A model generated the notes under the pieces. It was not told where the DNA came from and made no database searches. It saw only the letters and a program-made list of their open reading frames with translations. The position numbers were made by a program, and so were the translations under genes. 64,000 nt of DNA from Candidatus Eiseniibacteriota bacterium. GTDB lineage: Bacteria; Eisenbacteria; RBG-16-71-46; DASYSL01. Location of the stretch: the NCBI GenBank assembly GCA_046598045.1, contig JBKJJJ010000215.1, forward strand, positions 31,617-95,616, written 5' to 3'. Positions 10,014 to 18,116 of this stretch are shown piece after piece (position 1 is the first letter of the stretch; the number at the start of each line of letters is the position of its first letter).

Positions 10014-10459
10014 TGCTGGGCCCCCAGCAGCGTGGAGTTGCCGAAGCCGGCCTCGCGCACCTGGTCCATGACCTGGACCACGTCGCGGTAGGGCACCTGC
10101 GGCGACACCACGAGGATCGCGCCGCCCGAGGTCGGGAAGCGGGCATGCACGTTGTCGAGCTGGGCGCGCAGTTGCTGGATCGGATCGGACCCGGCGGCCA
10201 TCCGATCGATCGGCGCATAGGCGCTGTCGGGCACGCCCTCGACCGCGTAGGTCGAGTCGGCCAGGCGCACCGCGAGTGCAAGCGGGCTCGCGCTCGCCGC
10301 GCCGCCCGTGCCCGGAAAGTCGAGCCCGAGCGCCGACACCGGCACGAAGACCGCCGAGTACAGGAGCGCCGGCACGAGCGCGACGAACAGGCTCATGAGC
10401 GGCAGGAGGTTCAACTCCTCCGGCTCGGCCGGTCCGCGCTTCTTCTTACGAAGAGGCAT
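10010..10459 (-). CDS. ExbD/TolR family, AglQ-like
   Basis: 'ELNLLPLMSLFVALVPALL' TM and 'VPYRDVVQVMDQVREAGF'. Confidence 0.88.
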   Translation of the reverse strand: MPLRKKKRGPAEPEELNLLPLMSLFVALVPALLYSAVFVPVSALGLDFPGTGGAASASPLALAVRLADSTYAVEGVPDSAYAPIDRMAAGSDPIQQLRAQLDNVHARFPTSGGAILVVSPQVPYRDVVQVMDQVREAGFGNSTLLGAQQ

Positions 10460-11162
10460 GGCCGCCGTTCGCCGGGGTGCTCGTGGCGGTGGTCATCGGG
10501 ATCACGTTCTTCGGCTGGTCCAGGCCCGACATGGCGTGGATCAGCTTGACCGACGTGGCCTCGACGTCGTCGGTGATCGAGGTCACCTGCGACGAGAAGA
10601 ACGAGTGGATGAACAGCGTCGGGACGGCGACGATCAGGCCGAACGCGGTGCAGTTGAGCGCCTCCGCGATGCCGGCCGCGAGGAACGCCGATCGCTGCGC
10701 CGGGTCGGCCTGGCCGACCGCGCTGAACGAGTAGATCAGCCCCGACACCGTGCCCAGCAGGCCGAGCAGCGTCGACGCATTGGCGAGCATCGCGATGTAG
10801 AGGATGCGCTTGGAGAGCGGCGGCAGCGCAACCGAGGCGGCCGAATCCGCGGTGGCGAACAGCTCGGCCTCGACCTCGAGCGCGTTCGAGCCGCGCGTCG
10901 GGCGCTCGAGGATCGCGGTCGCGACCTGCGCCAGCGGGGCCTCGGAATCATGGCAGAAGCGCGCCGCCTCGTCCTTGCGCCCGCCGCGGATCAGCGGTAC
11001 GACGCGCTCGGTCAAGCGCTTGCTCGAGATGCGGGCCTTGACCATGATCACCCACCAGCGCTCGGCCGTGATCGCCAGCGTGATCACGGCGATGCCGAAG
11101 ATGGGGTACATGAACGGGCCGCCCGCCTTGAAGAACGTGGCGAACATGGTCAACGGATTCAT
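10446..11162 (-). CDS. MotA/TolQ/ExbB proton channel, AglR-like
   Basis: 'GGPFMYPI', 'TLLGLLGTVSGLI', 'GIAEALNCTAFGLIVAVP'. Confidence 0.93.
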   Translation of the reverse strand: MNPLTMFATFFKAGGPFMYPIFGIAVITLAITAERWWVIMVKARISSKRLTERVVPLIRGGRKDEAARFCHDSEAPLAQVATAILERPTRGSNALEVEAELFATADSAASVALPPLSKRILYIAMLANASTLLGLLGTVSGLIYSFSAVGQADPAQRSAFLAAGIAEALNCTAFGLIVAVPTLFIHSFFSSQVTSITDDVEATSVKLIHAMSGLDQPKNVIPMTTATSTPANGGHASS

Positions 11163-11542
11163 CGGCTCCCTCCGGGTGTCGGTATGGCGCGCAGGGGTTC
11201 GATCCTCCGCACGCGCACGGTTACGGGCGACGACAGGGCCGCCGTGAAATCATCTCTCAGGTAGGACGGGTGCTTGGGCGCGGCCTCGAGCGCGAGCGTC
11301 GGACCCGTGTGGACGAACAGGACGCGCGGCGCCTCGGAGCGGCCCTCGATCGTCTGCGCCGCGAGCGTGAGCGGGCGGTGCGGCGCGGCGGTCGCGAGTC
11401 GCGCGGACTTCACGGCCGGCCTCGCGGCCGGCTTCGCGGTGGGCGCCGGCGGGGGGGCCGCGGACGCACCGGGGGCGAAGCGTCCCGCGCTGCACACGAT
11501 CAGCGCGAGGGCGACGAACGATCCAGGGCGCAGTCGGCTCAC
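11159..11542 (-). CDS. Small secreted GltF/CglF-like protein
   Basis: Signal peptide, Pro/Ala linker, then 'LAAQTIEGRSEAPRVLFV', resembling the GltF 'IEG..qkP.a.yi' motif; sits directly before the aglR-like gene. Confidence 0.65.
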   Translation of the reverse strand: MSRLRPGSFVALALIVCSAGRFAPGASAAPPPAPTAKPAARPAVKSARLATAAPHRPLTLAAQTIEGRSEAPRVLFVHTGPTLALEAAPKHPSYLRDDFTAALSSPVTVRVRRIEPLRAIPTPGGSR

Positions 11543-14500
11543 GGTTGCTTCTCCTCGGCCATGCGATCGGCCAGGGTCTCGTCGAAGGACGCGCCCAACG
11601 TCAGGAAGCGTTCGAAATCACGGCGCGCGGCCGCGCGATCGAGGCGATAGAAACGCCCGAAGAGCGCCCGGTTCATGAGCGCTCCCGGCTGGCGGGGATC
11701 GAGCTCGAGGGCCTTGTTCCAAGCCCGCTCGGCCTCGCCCCACGACCCCCGAAGTTGGCGCACCACTCCCAGATCATTCCAGATTTCGGCCCGCGTCGGG
11801 TACAACTTGAGGGCCGCCTCGCACCATTGCGCGGCAAGATCAACCTGCTGATCTGCAACGTATTGCGAGATCCATCGCAAGCGGTTTCGAAGGTCCTCGA
11901 GCGCACCGGCGTCGAGCGCCGTCGAATCGACCGCCCCGACGTGTGGCTCGGCCCCGGCGACCAGCCCGCCGGAACCATCCTGCCCCGGAAGGTCGGTGGC
12001 CGCAAGCCGCCATGGCAGGTGCTGCTGGAGCCGGGGCTCGAGCCGCTCCCAGATCCGGCCCCGCCAGCCGCCCTGCGGCCGGCGCGCGCGCGCCACCGAG
12101 TCCGTGTCCGCGGATGCAGGCAGGCCCTCGAGCGTCGCGATCCAGAGGTCCTCGGCGCGCGTGTAAAAGCCGCGGGCCTGGGCGCCGATCGCGGCCCTGT
12201 ACCCGGCGCTGTCGGCCGACGCCATGACCGAGGGCGGCGGTAGCGCCCCGAGGCGCGCACCCAGGTCGTCGAGCAGGAGCCCGGCGAAATACCCGCTCTC
12301 GGCCCAGTAGGGGCTCTCCACGGTGCGGGCCGCAGCCTTGAGGTTCTCGAGCGCCGGGCCGAGCGCGGCCAGCTTGCGATCGAGCGCCGGCTTGATCGGG
12401 TGCGCGATCGGGATCGCGAGGCACGAGTCGGCGAGTACGCGTCCGAGCACGAAGCGCGCGCGCACGTCGGCCTCGGCGTCGGGCGCGAAGCCGTCGGGCA
12501 GGCGCCCGCCGACGCGCCAGGGCGCGAGTGTCTGCGCCAGCTCGGCGCGGCGGCCGAGCTCGTATTGCAGCGTCGCCAGGTCGGCGAGCGCGCGCGTGCG
12601 CGCACGGCCGTCGGGAGACTGCTTGATCAGGCGCCGGTAGGTCGCCTCCGCGTCGGTGTAGCCGCCCGCCGCGCGGAATAGTCGGCCCGCCTGCTCCAGC
12701 GCCTCGACGCCGAGGGTCCCGCCCTCGGCCAGGCGGCCGCCGGCGAGGACCTGCGCTGCGCCCAGCGTGTCGCGCGCCGCGAGCGCCGCGTCGCCGCGCT
12801 TGAGCAGCGCGTCGTCGACCAGCTTGGATGCAGGGTAGCGCTCGCGCAGCGTCGCGAGGTGCTCGTCGGCCAGGCGGGGCTGGCCGCCCTGGAGCGCGGC
12901 CAGCCCGGCGCGGTAGAGCGCGACGTCGGCGCGCGCGAAGTTCGGGTAGCGGTCGGCCACGGTGCGGAACGTGCTGGCGGCCCGGGCACTGTCCGGCCCG
13001 GCCGCCTGGTCCTCGGCGGCCTTGAAGCGCGCCGAGGCCGCGAGGTCCGACAGGCGCGTCTCTTCGGCACGATCGCCCGCGGCCAGGTAGCCCGCGGCCG
13101 CCTCGGCGTAGGCCTTCTCGGCATCGAGCCAGCGGCTCTCCGCGAGCGCCACGCGCCCGAGCTCGGCCTGCGCGCGACGCGAGGCCTCGCTGGTGTCCCG
13201 GCCGGCGACGTGCTCGAACACGCGGCGGGCACGCGCGGGGTCCTCGTGCTCCTTCGCCCCGAGGGCGAGCGAGAGCCACAGCGGCGGTACGCGCGCGTCC
13301 CCGGGGGACTCGCTCTCGAGGCGGGTCACCGCGCGCTCGAGCGAGTCGCGAACGCCCGCGCTCCGGTAACCGTCGGCGGCGGCCACGCGCTCCCGGGCGA
13401 GCGCCGCGCCGAACGCGGCCTCGCGCTTGACGTCCGCCGGCGCGCCGGGGATCGCGAGCGCGCGCTCGTGCGCCCGGGCGGACTCGTCGAACCGTCCGAG
13501 GTCGAACAGCGCCTCGCCCTCGGACGAAGCGGCGAGCGCGAGCGAGTCGCTCTGCGGGTAGAGCCGGGCGAGCTCGCGGTAGAGCCCGACGGCGCGGGTG
13601 AGCGCGGGCATGTCCTTGCGCGTCCGTCCGGCTTCGTGCGCCAGGAACGCAGCCTCGAGCAGCGCGCGCGCGCCCACGTCCTGGGCCTCTGCGCCGAGGC
13701 CCACGCCCTTGCCGCCCGGCCCGAAGAAGTGGCCGAGGTCGACGCGCGTGAGCTCGCGTTCGTCCGGCCGCGAACGCGCGTCCCACGCGCCCAGGACCTT
13801 CTGCGCCAGCGCGAGGTTCTCGGGCCGCGTCGGTTCGCGCTCCATTGCGAGCCGCCACGCGCGCGCGGCGGCGTCGAACGCGCCGTCGTCGAAGTCCTGC
13901 TCGGCCATCGCGACCAGCAGCGCGTGGGCGTAGGGCGGGTTCGGGTGCCCGCTCAGGAAGCGGTCGGCCGCCGACGCGCCGCCCCCCTGGCGGAGCGCCT
14001 TCGCGAGCTGGGCGAGGCCGTCGTCGGCGATCTCGGGCGGCAGGTCGGGCAGCGCGAGCAGGCCGGCGAATGCCTCCGTGGCGGCGGCCGCGTCGCCGCG
14101 CTTGAGCGCCGCGAAGCCCTGCTTGTAGCGCGCGAGCGAGGCCAGTGGCCCGCCGCCCGCGGCGACCGCGCCGAAGTGCCCCTCGGCCTCGGCCCAGCGC
14201 TCGCCGTCGAGCGCGCGATCGCCGAGCTCGATGTGCGCCTCGCGTGCCAAGTCGGTCCCGGGCGCGGTCGCGAGCAGCTCGGCGAGGCGGCGGTCGGAGG
14301 TGGCGGGATCCCCCGCCTCGCGCGCCAGCGCCGCGAGGTTGAACAGCACTGCGTCGCGTCGCGCGAACGGCGGCGTTCCCGTGAGCAGCCGCTCGTAGCG
14401 CGCGACTGCCGGGGCGAAGTCGGGGGCGCCGCCGTGCGCGCGGGCCCGCGCGTAGGCGAGGCGGACCTCGAGGTCGGCGCGATTGAATTCGGTCGCGCCC

Positions 14501-16608
14501 ACGTACTGGCTCTGCGGGAAGCGCGCCAGGAAGTCGTCGCACGCGGAGATCGCCGGGCGCAGGTCGGCCTCGGTCGAATCGGATTCGTCGAGGGCGATCG
14601 CCGACCAGGCCCCGCGCTCGAACAGCGCGACCTCGTAGTCCGCGCGCGCGCGCTCGGCCATCTGTGCGGTGTGGGCCCGCGCGCGCGCATCGTCGTCGCG
14701 CACGGCGGCGAGGCGGGCGAGCGAATCGGCCGAAGTCACCTCGACCGCCGCGCGGTCCGCCGCGGAGGCGCGCTCTGCGAGGTCCGCCAGCGGCGCGTCC
14801 CGGCCGGCGTCCGCCGCGGCGCCGCGCGCGTCTGCCGCAAGCCGGCGCGCCTCGGCCTGGCGCCGGGCGAGGCCTGCGGCGGCGCCCGCGTTGAGCGCGA
14901 TCGAGCGCGCTCCGCGCCAGGCGGCGGCATCGCGGGCGGCGCGCGCCTCGGCGCTGTCGGCGAGCGCCTCGAGCCCGGCGGCCTCGCGCACGAGCGCGGC
15001 ACGATCGATGGCCTCGAAGGGCTCCTCCCGGCGCTCGGGCGCGGGGGCGGTCAGTGCGGCCAGGGCGCGCGCCCGCCCGGCCCGGGCGCGCGCGCGCGCG
15101 GCGGTGGCGCGGCCCTGTTGCTCGGTGGCGCGCGCGGCGGCCTCGCCCAACGCGCCGGCCCGCCGCCTCGCCCCGGACACCCAGGCCGCGCTGTCGGCGG
15201 GGGAGAGTGTCGCGTTGCGCAGGGAGTCGGACATCGCCGCCAGGTCGCGCGTCACCGCCGCGACCAGCCCGGCGCGGTCGGCGACCCGGTCGTCCGCGGC
15301 GTACGCGTCGAGCCGCGCCGAGCGCGACGCCGGGGACTCGATCTCGCGCGTCGCCTGCTCGCGGCCGCTCGCCTTGTTCTCGGCGCGCGCGGCCTCGCCC
15401 GCGCCGGTGCGCACCAGCCGGAACGGGAAGGCGGCCTGGTTCGGCGCGTCCGGCATGGGCGGCATCCAGCCCTCGCGCGCGGCCTGCGCGAGGAAGAACT
15501 CCCGCGCCAGGCGGGGGCGGTCGACGTCGAGTTCGAGCGCGCCCTCGAGCACGTCGGTGGCGTCGGTGAGCAGCGCGACGCCCACGCCCTCGCCGCGCGA
15601 GGCGGCCTCGAGATCGGCGGCGCCGTCGCCCGCGACCGCAGCCGCGATCCGGTACTCGCCCGACTGCGCGCGGCAGCGCGCCTCGAGCGCGAGCAGGCGC
15701 CCGCGCTCGCCGCGGTCACGCGTGCAGGCCTGGGCGTAGTTGAACGCCGCCGCCGCCTCGTGGGCGTGGCCGAGACGGTAATGCGCATAGCCCGTCAGGA
15801 TCGCCGCCGGGCAGGAGAGCGTGCGGCTCTTGTCGGTACCGACGCGCTCGACCCAGTGCAGCGCCGTGGCGGCGTTGCCCTGGTAGTAGGCGAGCGCCGC
15901 GCGCCTGAGCGCGGCTTCGGAGACGAGGTCGCCGTCGCCGCGCGCGGCCGCCCGCTCGACCGCGCGCTCGAGCGCCGCCTGCGCCGCGGCGGTGTCGCCC
16001 GCCGCAAGGTGCGCGTGCCCCAGCAGGAGCGACCAGAACGGCCCGGCGGCGGTGGCCTCGAGCGGCTTGCCCCAAGCCTCGGCCGCGCGCGCGCCGCGGG
16101 AGCGTGCGATGCGCTCACCCTGCGCCACCGCGGCGACGAGCCCGAGCGGCCCGCGCGTCGCCGCGGTGGCGGGATCGAGCGCGTCGGCGCATGGCGCGTC
16201 CTCGAGCGCGCACAGGTCGAGCACGGCGCGCGCCCAGGGCGTACCTGCAAACTGGCGCATCAGGAGGTCGCGCTCGCGCTCGGCGGCCTCGGGCTGGCCG
16301 GCTTGCCGCAACGCCTCGGTGCGCGCGAAGCGCAGGGCCGTGGCGGGGATCGACCCGCTCCCGGCAGCGAGCGCCAGCCCCGCGAGCCGCGCCGCGCGAT
16401 CCGGCCGGCCGGCCGTGTACTCGAAGAGCGCAGCCCTCGCCCACGCCTCCCCGGGCATCGCGGCGCGCGCAGGCGCGGCGGAGGCAGCGGCAGCAGGGCG
16501 GGCCGGGGCGGCGGGCGCCCCTGCGCATACGGGCGCGACCCACGCCCCCAAGGCCGCGCCCGCGAGGATCAAGGCGCGGTGGAACGGCGTTCGACAACGC
16601 GGCGTCAT
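11539..16608 (-). CDS. Giant secreted TPR protein (1689 aa), apparent GltC/GltD/GltE-like fusion
   Basis: ATG 16608 overlaps the upstream TGA; signal peptide; many TPR repeats; GltD-like C-terminal module 'IPIAHPIKPALDRKL...LPPP...YRAAIGAQARGFYTRAEDLW'; final TPR block. Confidence 0.8.
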   Translation of the reverse strand: MTPRCRTPFHRALILAGAALGAWVAPVCAGAPAAPARPAAAASAAPARAAMPGEAWARAALFEYTAGRPDRAARLAGLALAAGSGSIPATALRFARTEALRQAGQPEAAERERDLLMRQFAGTPWARAVLDLCALEDAPCADALDPATAATRGPLGLVAAVAQGERIARSRGARAAEAWGKPLEATAAGPFWSLLLGHAHLAAGDTAAAQAALERAVERAAARGDGDLVSEAALRRAALAYYQGNAATALHWVERVGTDKSRTLSCPAAILTGYAHYRLGHAHEAAAAFNYAQACTRDRGERGRLLALEARCRAQSGEYRIAAAVAGDGAADLEAASRGEGVGVALLTDATDVLEGALELDVDRPRLAREFFLAQAAREGWMPPMPDAPNQAAFPFRLVRTGAGEAARAENKASGREQATREIESPASRSARLDAYAADDRVADRAGLVAAVTRDLAAMSDSLRNATLSPADSAAWVSGARRRAGALGEAAARATEQQGRATAARARARAGRARALAALTAPAPERREEPFEAIDRAALVREAAGLEALADSAEARAARDAAAWRGARSIALNAGAAAGLARRQAEARRLAADARGAAADAGRDAPLADLAERASAADRAAVEVTSADSLARLAAVRDDDARARAHTAQMAERARADYEVALFERGAWSAIALDESDSTEADLRPAISACDDFLARFPQSQYVGATEFNRADLEVRLAYARARAHGGAPDFAPAVARYERLLTGTPPFARRDAVLFNLAALAREAGDPATSDRRLAELLATAPGTDLAREAHIELGDRALDGERWAEAEGHFGAVAAGGGPLASLARYKQGFAALKRGDAAAATEAFAGLLALPDLPPEIADDGLAQLAKALRQGGGASAADRFLSGHPNPPYAHALLVAMAEQDFDDGAFDAAARAWRLAMEREPTRPENLALAQKVLGAWDARSRPDERELTRVDLGHFFGPGGKGVGLGAEAQDVGARALLEAAFLAHEAGRTRKDMPALTRAVGLYRELARLYPQSDSLALAASSEGEALFDLGRFDESARAHERALAIPGAPADVKREAAFGAALARERVAAADGYRSAGVRDSLERAVTRLESESPGDARVPPLWLSLALGAKEHEDPARARRVFEHVAGRDTSEASRRAQAELGRVALAESRWLDAEKAYAEAAAGYLAAGDRAEETRLSDLAASARFKAAEDQAAGPDSARAASTFRTVADRYPNFARADVALYRAGLAALQGGQPRLADEHLATLRERYPASKLVDDALLKRGDAALAARDTLGAAQVLAGGRLAEGGTLGVEALEQAGRLFRAAGGYTDAEATYRRLIKQSPDGRARTRALADLATLQYELGRRAELAQTLAPWRVGGRLPDGFAPDAEADVRARFVLGRVLADSCLAIPIAHPIKPALDRKLAALGPALENLKAAARTVESPYWAESGYFAGLLLDDLGARLGALPPPSVMASADSAGYRAAIGAQARGFYTRAEDLWIATLEGLPASADTDSVARARRPQGGWRGRIWERLEPRLQQHLPWRLAATDLPGQDGSGGLVAGAEPHVGAVDSTALDAGALEDLRNRLRWISQYVADQQVDLAAQWCEAALKLYPTRAEIWNDLGVVRQLRGSWGEAERAWNKALELDPRQPGALMNRALFGRFYRLDRAAARRDFERFLTLGASFDETLADRMAEEKQP

Positions 16609-17912
16609 GGAGCGGTGGCCGTCACGAAATCGAGCGCCGGCGCCGCGCCGGCGCGTTCGCCGCCGCTGAGCTTGAGGCGCAACAGCGTCAATTGGCGGAG
16701 CGCGAGCGCGCCGCGCCAGGTCACGCTCTGGGTCTTGTGGTCCACGCCCTCGATGTCGACCCTGATCTCGCGCGTCCCGGGGCGCACCGTGCGGCGCGCG
16801 ACCTCGGCCCACGCGCCCGCGTCGAGCGCGCGCCATTCGGCGTCGCCGTAGGCGGCGCGCGCGATCTCCGCGCCGTCGACCGACAGCTTGATCAGCGCGG
16901 GGCGCGCCCGCGCATCGAGCGCGAGGTAGAGTGCGAGCTCGGTCGGGCGCTCGGACGCGAGATCGCGACGCGCAGCCTCGATCCGCTGGGCGCTGCGCGC
17001 GAGCAGGCTGTCGGATTGCGCGGTGCCGGCGCGCGCGCTGGCGAGTGCGGCGGCCTGCGCCTCGACGTCGTTCCCGGCGACGAGCACGTCCCCGTGGCCG
17101 AGCGTGTCGAGGGCGGCGTCCTGGGCGGCGAGGCGCTCGAGCGCCGCGGCCTCGCGCGCCACCAACCAGAGCGGGCGCTCGTCGCCCGGCTTGCCCCATG
17201 TGCCCGTGCCGCCGCCCGAGCGCGCGAGCGCGGCCGCGCCGTGCGCGGACAGCCAGGGCGAGAGCTTAGCGCGTCCGCCCGCGAGTTCGCCGACCGTCTC
17301 CGGCACCTCGCCTTCGCGTTCGAGGATGAGCGTGCCACGCAGCGCGTCGCCGATCCACTCGCGGCCCACGCTCGACCCGGTGCCGAATCCGAACAGCCAG
17401 GTGGTACGCCGGGGGCCGTCGGGCAGCGACAGGCCGTTCGACAGCATCGCGATGCGCAGCGGGCCGGTCGCCCGGGCGCGCACGAACTCCGGGTCCTTGC
17501 CGGCACGCTGGATCGCGTTGAACCCGTCCAACCAGCCATCCTCGAGCGCCGGCGGCGAGAACGGAAACGCGAGCTCGAACCACATCGCCGCACCGCCACG
17601 CCGCACCGTCCAGCCGCGCGTCCGCCGGCCCTGCGGCGACCAGAACAGGTAGGTCCACGACTCGGCCGTCCCGTCCGCCCACAGCGAAGCGGAGGCCTCG
17701 AGGTACACGAGCGTGGCGTCGGGTTGCCAGCCGCGGGCGAGCGCGCGCGCGGTCTCGAGCCCATCGCGCGCCTTGAGCCCGATGCCCTCGGGTTTGGGCA
17801 CGAGCGAGAGGCTCGCCGCGCCGGCATGCGGCGCCACGGCGAGCGCGCCGAGAAGAGCCAGCACGGGGAGCAACGCGCGGCGCTGGCGTGCGAAGGGCAA
17901 GTGGGGCGACAT
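16605..17912 (-). CDS. Secreted two-domain protein, first gene of the Agl/Glt-like operon (435 aa)
   Basis: C-terminal part of ORF 16605..20483; signal peptide 'LLPVLALLGALAVAPHAGA'; short coiled coil, then 'IKLSVDGAEIARAAYGDAEWRALDAG...PGTREI'. Confidence 0.72.
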   Translation of the reverse strand: MSPHLPFARQRRALLPVLALLGALAVAPHAGAASLSLVPKPEGIGLKARDGLETARALARGWQPDATLVYLEASASLWADGTAESWTYLFWSPQGRRTRGWTVRRGGAAMWFELAFPFSPPALEDGWLDGFNAIQRAGKDPEFVRARATGPLRIAMLSNGLSLPDGPRRTTWLFGFGTGSSVGREWIGDALRGTLILEREGEVPETVGELAGGRAKLSPWLSAHGAAALARSGGGTGTWGKPGDERPLWLVAREAAALERLAAQDAALDTLGHGDVLVAGNDVEAQAAALASARAGTAQSDSLLARSAQRIEAARRDLASERPTELALYLALDARARPALIKLSVDGAEIARAAYGDAEWRALDAGAWAEVARRTVRPGTREIRVDIEGVDHKTQSVTWRGALALRQLTLLRLKLSGGERAGAAPALDFVTATAP

Positions 17913-18116
17913 CGGACACTCCGATCCCTGGGGTTTGCGAGCCGACGGAAGACGCTCTCCATTATCGGCGGCAACGGCTTCGCGCTGAACCGTCACGGAA
18001 CGGCTCAAGTGCCGTGGCCAAAACCTCTTATCGCTAAATTGCACGACTGGCCGCGGGTCCCGACGCATGGCATACTGCCGGGCCGACACCGGAGTTCCGC
18101 CGGTCAGGGAGGGTTC

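Noticed and set aside
8410-11162. Ordinary TonB-ExbBD or Tol-Pal locus
   Set aside because: Two ExbD paralogues, an AgmX-type C-terminus, and upstream TPR and GltF-like genes, with no TBDR, tolB or pal, fit an Agl/Glt-type module better
12859-16851. 1330-aa plus-strand ORF, and similar long ORFs such as 49749..53951, 5014..7152 and 54894..57011
   Set aside because: Antisense or off-frame shadows of real genes; Arg/Ala/Gly-rich with no motifs, as expected in very GC-rich DNA
17990-18035. Possible sigma-54 promoter for the motor operon (CGGCAC on the minus strand)
   Set aside because: The -12 position reads GT rather than GC, so the GG-N10-GC rule is not met
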